This document shows, in pieces, positions 18,337 to 20,000 of a DNA stretch of 20,000 nucleotides. The DNA comes from an uncultured virus (IMG/VR IMGVR_UViG_3300050821_024078) (Duplodnaviria; Heunggongvirae; Uroviricota; Caudoviricetes), in the IMG/VR virus record IMGVR_UViG_3300050821_024078, one strand, 5' to 3'. Position numbers and translations under genes: made by a program. The notes below the pieces were generated by a model. It was given only the letters and a program-made list of their open reading frames with translations, ran no database searches and was not told the origin of the DNA. Position 1 is the first letter of the stretch; every line of letters starts with the position of its first letter.

Positions 18337-18835
18337 AACATATAAAATTAAAAAAGGTAAATTCTATAGTTCTGGTTTACATTTGGATATTGTCTTAAAA
18401 AATAAAATATCTTTTGAAGTATCTTTTGATGCGTCATGTTTAGAAAGTATACCATTACCTGATAATTATGATATAAACAAAGTATATGGGTTTTCTGATT
18501 CTTATTCACATCATAAATATTCGGCCAGGGTTGGTTGGAGATGTGTAGACATTACAGAAGGTAAAATAGAACTTGTTACGTATTGTTATGTAAACGGTAT
18601 TCGTATTCCAGAATTTACACTTTGTAAAGTGCTACCAGGACAAATAGCAAAAATAACAATAGAAAACACACCATATTCATATAATTTCACTTGTGATAAT
18701 GGTGATATATTAACATCTAATAAAGTAGTTAAAGACAAAGCTCACAGATGGTTTTTAAAATATAAACTATATCCATATCATGGAGGAACTTATCCTGCAC
18801 CACATGATATGAAGATAATGATTACTAAAATATGA
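18311..18835 (+). CDS. Hypothetical protein, predicted beta-rich
   Basis: 174 aa, overlapping both neighbours (ATGA overlap at 18832-18835). Motif-like stretches DINKVYGFSD, SARVGWR and LYPYHGGTYPAPHDM. Confidence 0.75.
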   Translation: MMSFIKKLKTYKIKKGKFYSSGLHLDIVLKNKISFEVSFDASCLESIPLPDNYDINKVYGFSDSYSHHKYSARVGWRCVDITEGKIELVTYCYVNGIRIPEFTLCKVLPGQIAKITIENTPYSYNFTCDNGDILTSNKVVKDKAHRWFLKYKLYPYHGGTYPAPHDMKIMITKI

Positions 18836-19287
18836 AAAGAGATAGTTTTAAACAACAGGTTGATGAACTTTTCAGTAAATTTGATGATGAGTATACAAAA
18901 TCAAGAGCCATGGTTGCTGAAAAATTGTATCCTTTATACATTAAATTAAAAGGTGATATACAGGACATTTATGAAATTCAACCTGAAATGCTTAGTACAA
19001 GACAAATAATTTCCGATCAAATGAGTTTCTTTATTGGTAAACTCTTAAAAGTAAATAAGAAGATCCGGGAAGTTGAAAGTAGTAAATTACAAGATTATTT
19101 ACCGATGAAAAAGGATGGCTATTCCTCTAAAGATATTCAAATGATGATTGATGATGATCTTAAAGAGATTAAAGCTCAGAAGGAAATATTAGAAATACAT
19201 ATTGATTTTTTAAAAGAGTGTAGACGAAATTGTGATCAAATAGGATATGGTATTAAAAACAGAAACGCTATAGCGGTTTATTTATAG
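18832..19287 (+). CDS. uvsY: UvsY-like recombination mediator (paralog 1)
   Basis: 151-aa all-helical protein. The C-terminal IDDDL..IDFLKEC..DQIGYGIKN resembles the C-terminal helix of T4-like UvsY. A uvsW-like gene is in the same window. Confidence 0.55.
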   Translation: MKRDSFKQQVDELFSKFDDEYTKSRAMVAEKLYPLYIKLKGDIQDIYEIQPEMLSTRQIISDQMSFFIGKLLKVNKKIREVESSKLQDYLPMKKDGYSSKDIQMMIDDDLKEIKAQKEILEIHIDFLKECRRNCDQIGYGIKNRNAIAVYL

Positions 19288-19288
19288 T

Positions 19289-19738
19289 ATGAATGAAAAT
19301 AGTAAAACAGATAAATTAGAAACTCTTATTGATTTTTATTTCTCAGAAAGAAAGATATGGGAAGATAAACTAAAGCCTTTATTTGAGAAAGTTAGAGGTA
19401 ATGCATATACTTTAATTATCTTACAATCAGATTTCCTTACTATACGTCAGGATGTGTTGGAGGAGATTAATGTTTCTTTGACAGAGTTAGCAAAGTACAA
19501 CATTCAACTTAAGAAAAAATCTGCTGAACGTATGAAACACTGGGCACATGGTAGTGGCCTAAAATATACAGCTAAAGAATACATAACTCTGATTGAAGGT
19601 GATATGACTGATCTTCTTGCCGAAAAAGAGTTGTTAGAATCTCATGTAGAGTTTTTAAGAGACTGTAAAGTAAATTGCGACCAAATTGGTTATTCTATAA
19701 AGAATCGTGTAGAACTTCTGAATTATACCAGAGATTAA
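19289..19738 (+). CDS. uvsY: UvsY-like recombination mediator (paralog 2)
   Basis: 149 aa, colinear with the preceding ORF; IEGDM..VEFLRDC..NCDQIGYSIKNR. Confidence 0.55.
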   Translation: MNENSKTDKLETLIDFYFSERKIWEDKLKPLFEKVRGNAYTLIILQSDFLTIRQDVLEEINVSLTELAKYNIQLKKKSAERMKHWAHGSGLKYTAKEYITLIEGDMTDLLAEKELLESHVEFLRDCKVNCDQIGYSIKNRVELLNYTRD

Positions 19739-19762
19739 TAATTTCATTTATTAATAGAATAA

Positions 19763-19770
19763 ATATATAA
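19763..19770 (+). promoter_or_regulatory. Putative phage late promoter motif ATATATAA
   Basis: Intergenic, 20 nt upstream of the ATG at 19791. Confidence 0.5.
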
Positions 19771-19790
19771 ACAAAACAAAATTAATTATT

Positions 19791-20000
19791 ATGAAAAAAC
19801 TATTATGCTCTATCTTATTTGTATTTATTCTTACTTTAGGTTATTCACAAATCACACCGAACTATTATAACATTTCTTACACAGCAGTATTAAAGGTAAA
19901 GAAAAATGATAATATAATTCTGTTTGTTAAAAAACCACAAGAATATCTTCTGTATGTAATATATGTAGATTCTATTAATAATCAAATGATGGTTTTAGTA
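19791..20000 (+). CDS. Secreted protein with Sec signal peptide (partial, runs off the window)
   Basis: Open for 70 codons: MKKLLCSILFVFILTLGYS|QITPNYYNISYTAVLKVKK... with a basic n-region, a hydrophobic h-region and a G-Y-S cleavage site followed by Gln. Not in the ORF track. Confidence 0.8.
   Translation, partial: MKKLLCSILFVFILTLGYSQITPNYYNISYTAVLKVKKNDNIILFVKKPQEYLLYVIYVDSINNQMMVLV

Noticed and set aside
1..20000. Stop-codon reassignment as seen in some Bacteroidota phages
   Set aside because: Genes are long and tightly packed under code 11, and TAG (19285-19287) and TGA (18833-18835) both appear to act as stops.
1..20000. CRISPR arrays, tRNAs, introns/inteins, diversity-generating retroelement repeats
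   Set aside because: I saw no regularly spaced repeats, cloverleaf structures, intein motifs, reverse transcriptase or template/variable repeat pairs, and intergenic space is minimal.

Overview
AT-rich, densely coding segment that most likely comes from a large (jumbo-type) dsDNA phage with T4-like recombination genes, probably infecting a Bacteroidota host (inference). From left to right: (1) the tail of an upstream ORF; (2) a UvsW-like SF2 helicase; (3) a minus-strand block with a 662-aa CxCC/YfaP-like protein, its 132-aa helical partner, a terminator, an atypical HAD-like protein and a Lys-rich protein; (4) divergent Bacteroidota-type TAnnTTTG promoters; (5) a Zn-ribbon ORF; (6) an apparently host-acquired beta-class DNA amino-methyltransferase next to a 5'-truncated XRE-HTH remnant that is absent from the ORF track; (7) a strong bidirectional hairpin; (8) a putative late operon with an 889-aa and a 2487-aa (LamG/CBM-like) virion protein, two hypothetical proteins and two tandem UvsY-like paralogs; (9) the start of a secreted protein. 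An ATATATAA motif precedes three transcription units and may be a phage late promoter. I saw no RNA genes, CRISPR arrays or intact mobile elements. All family calls come from motif recognition by eye, not from database searches.
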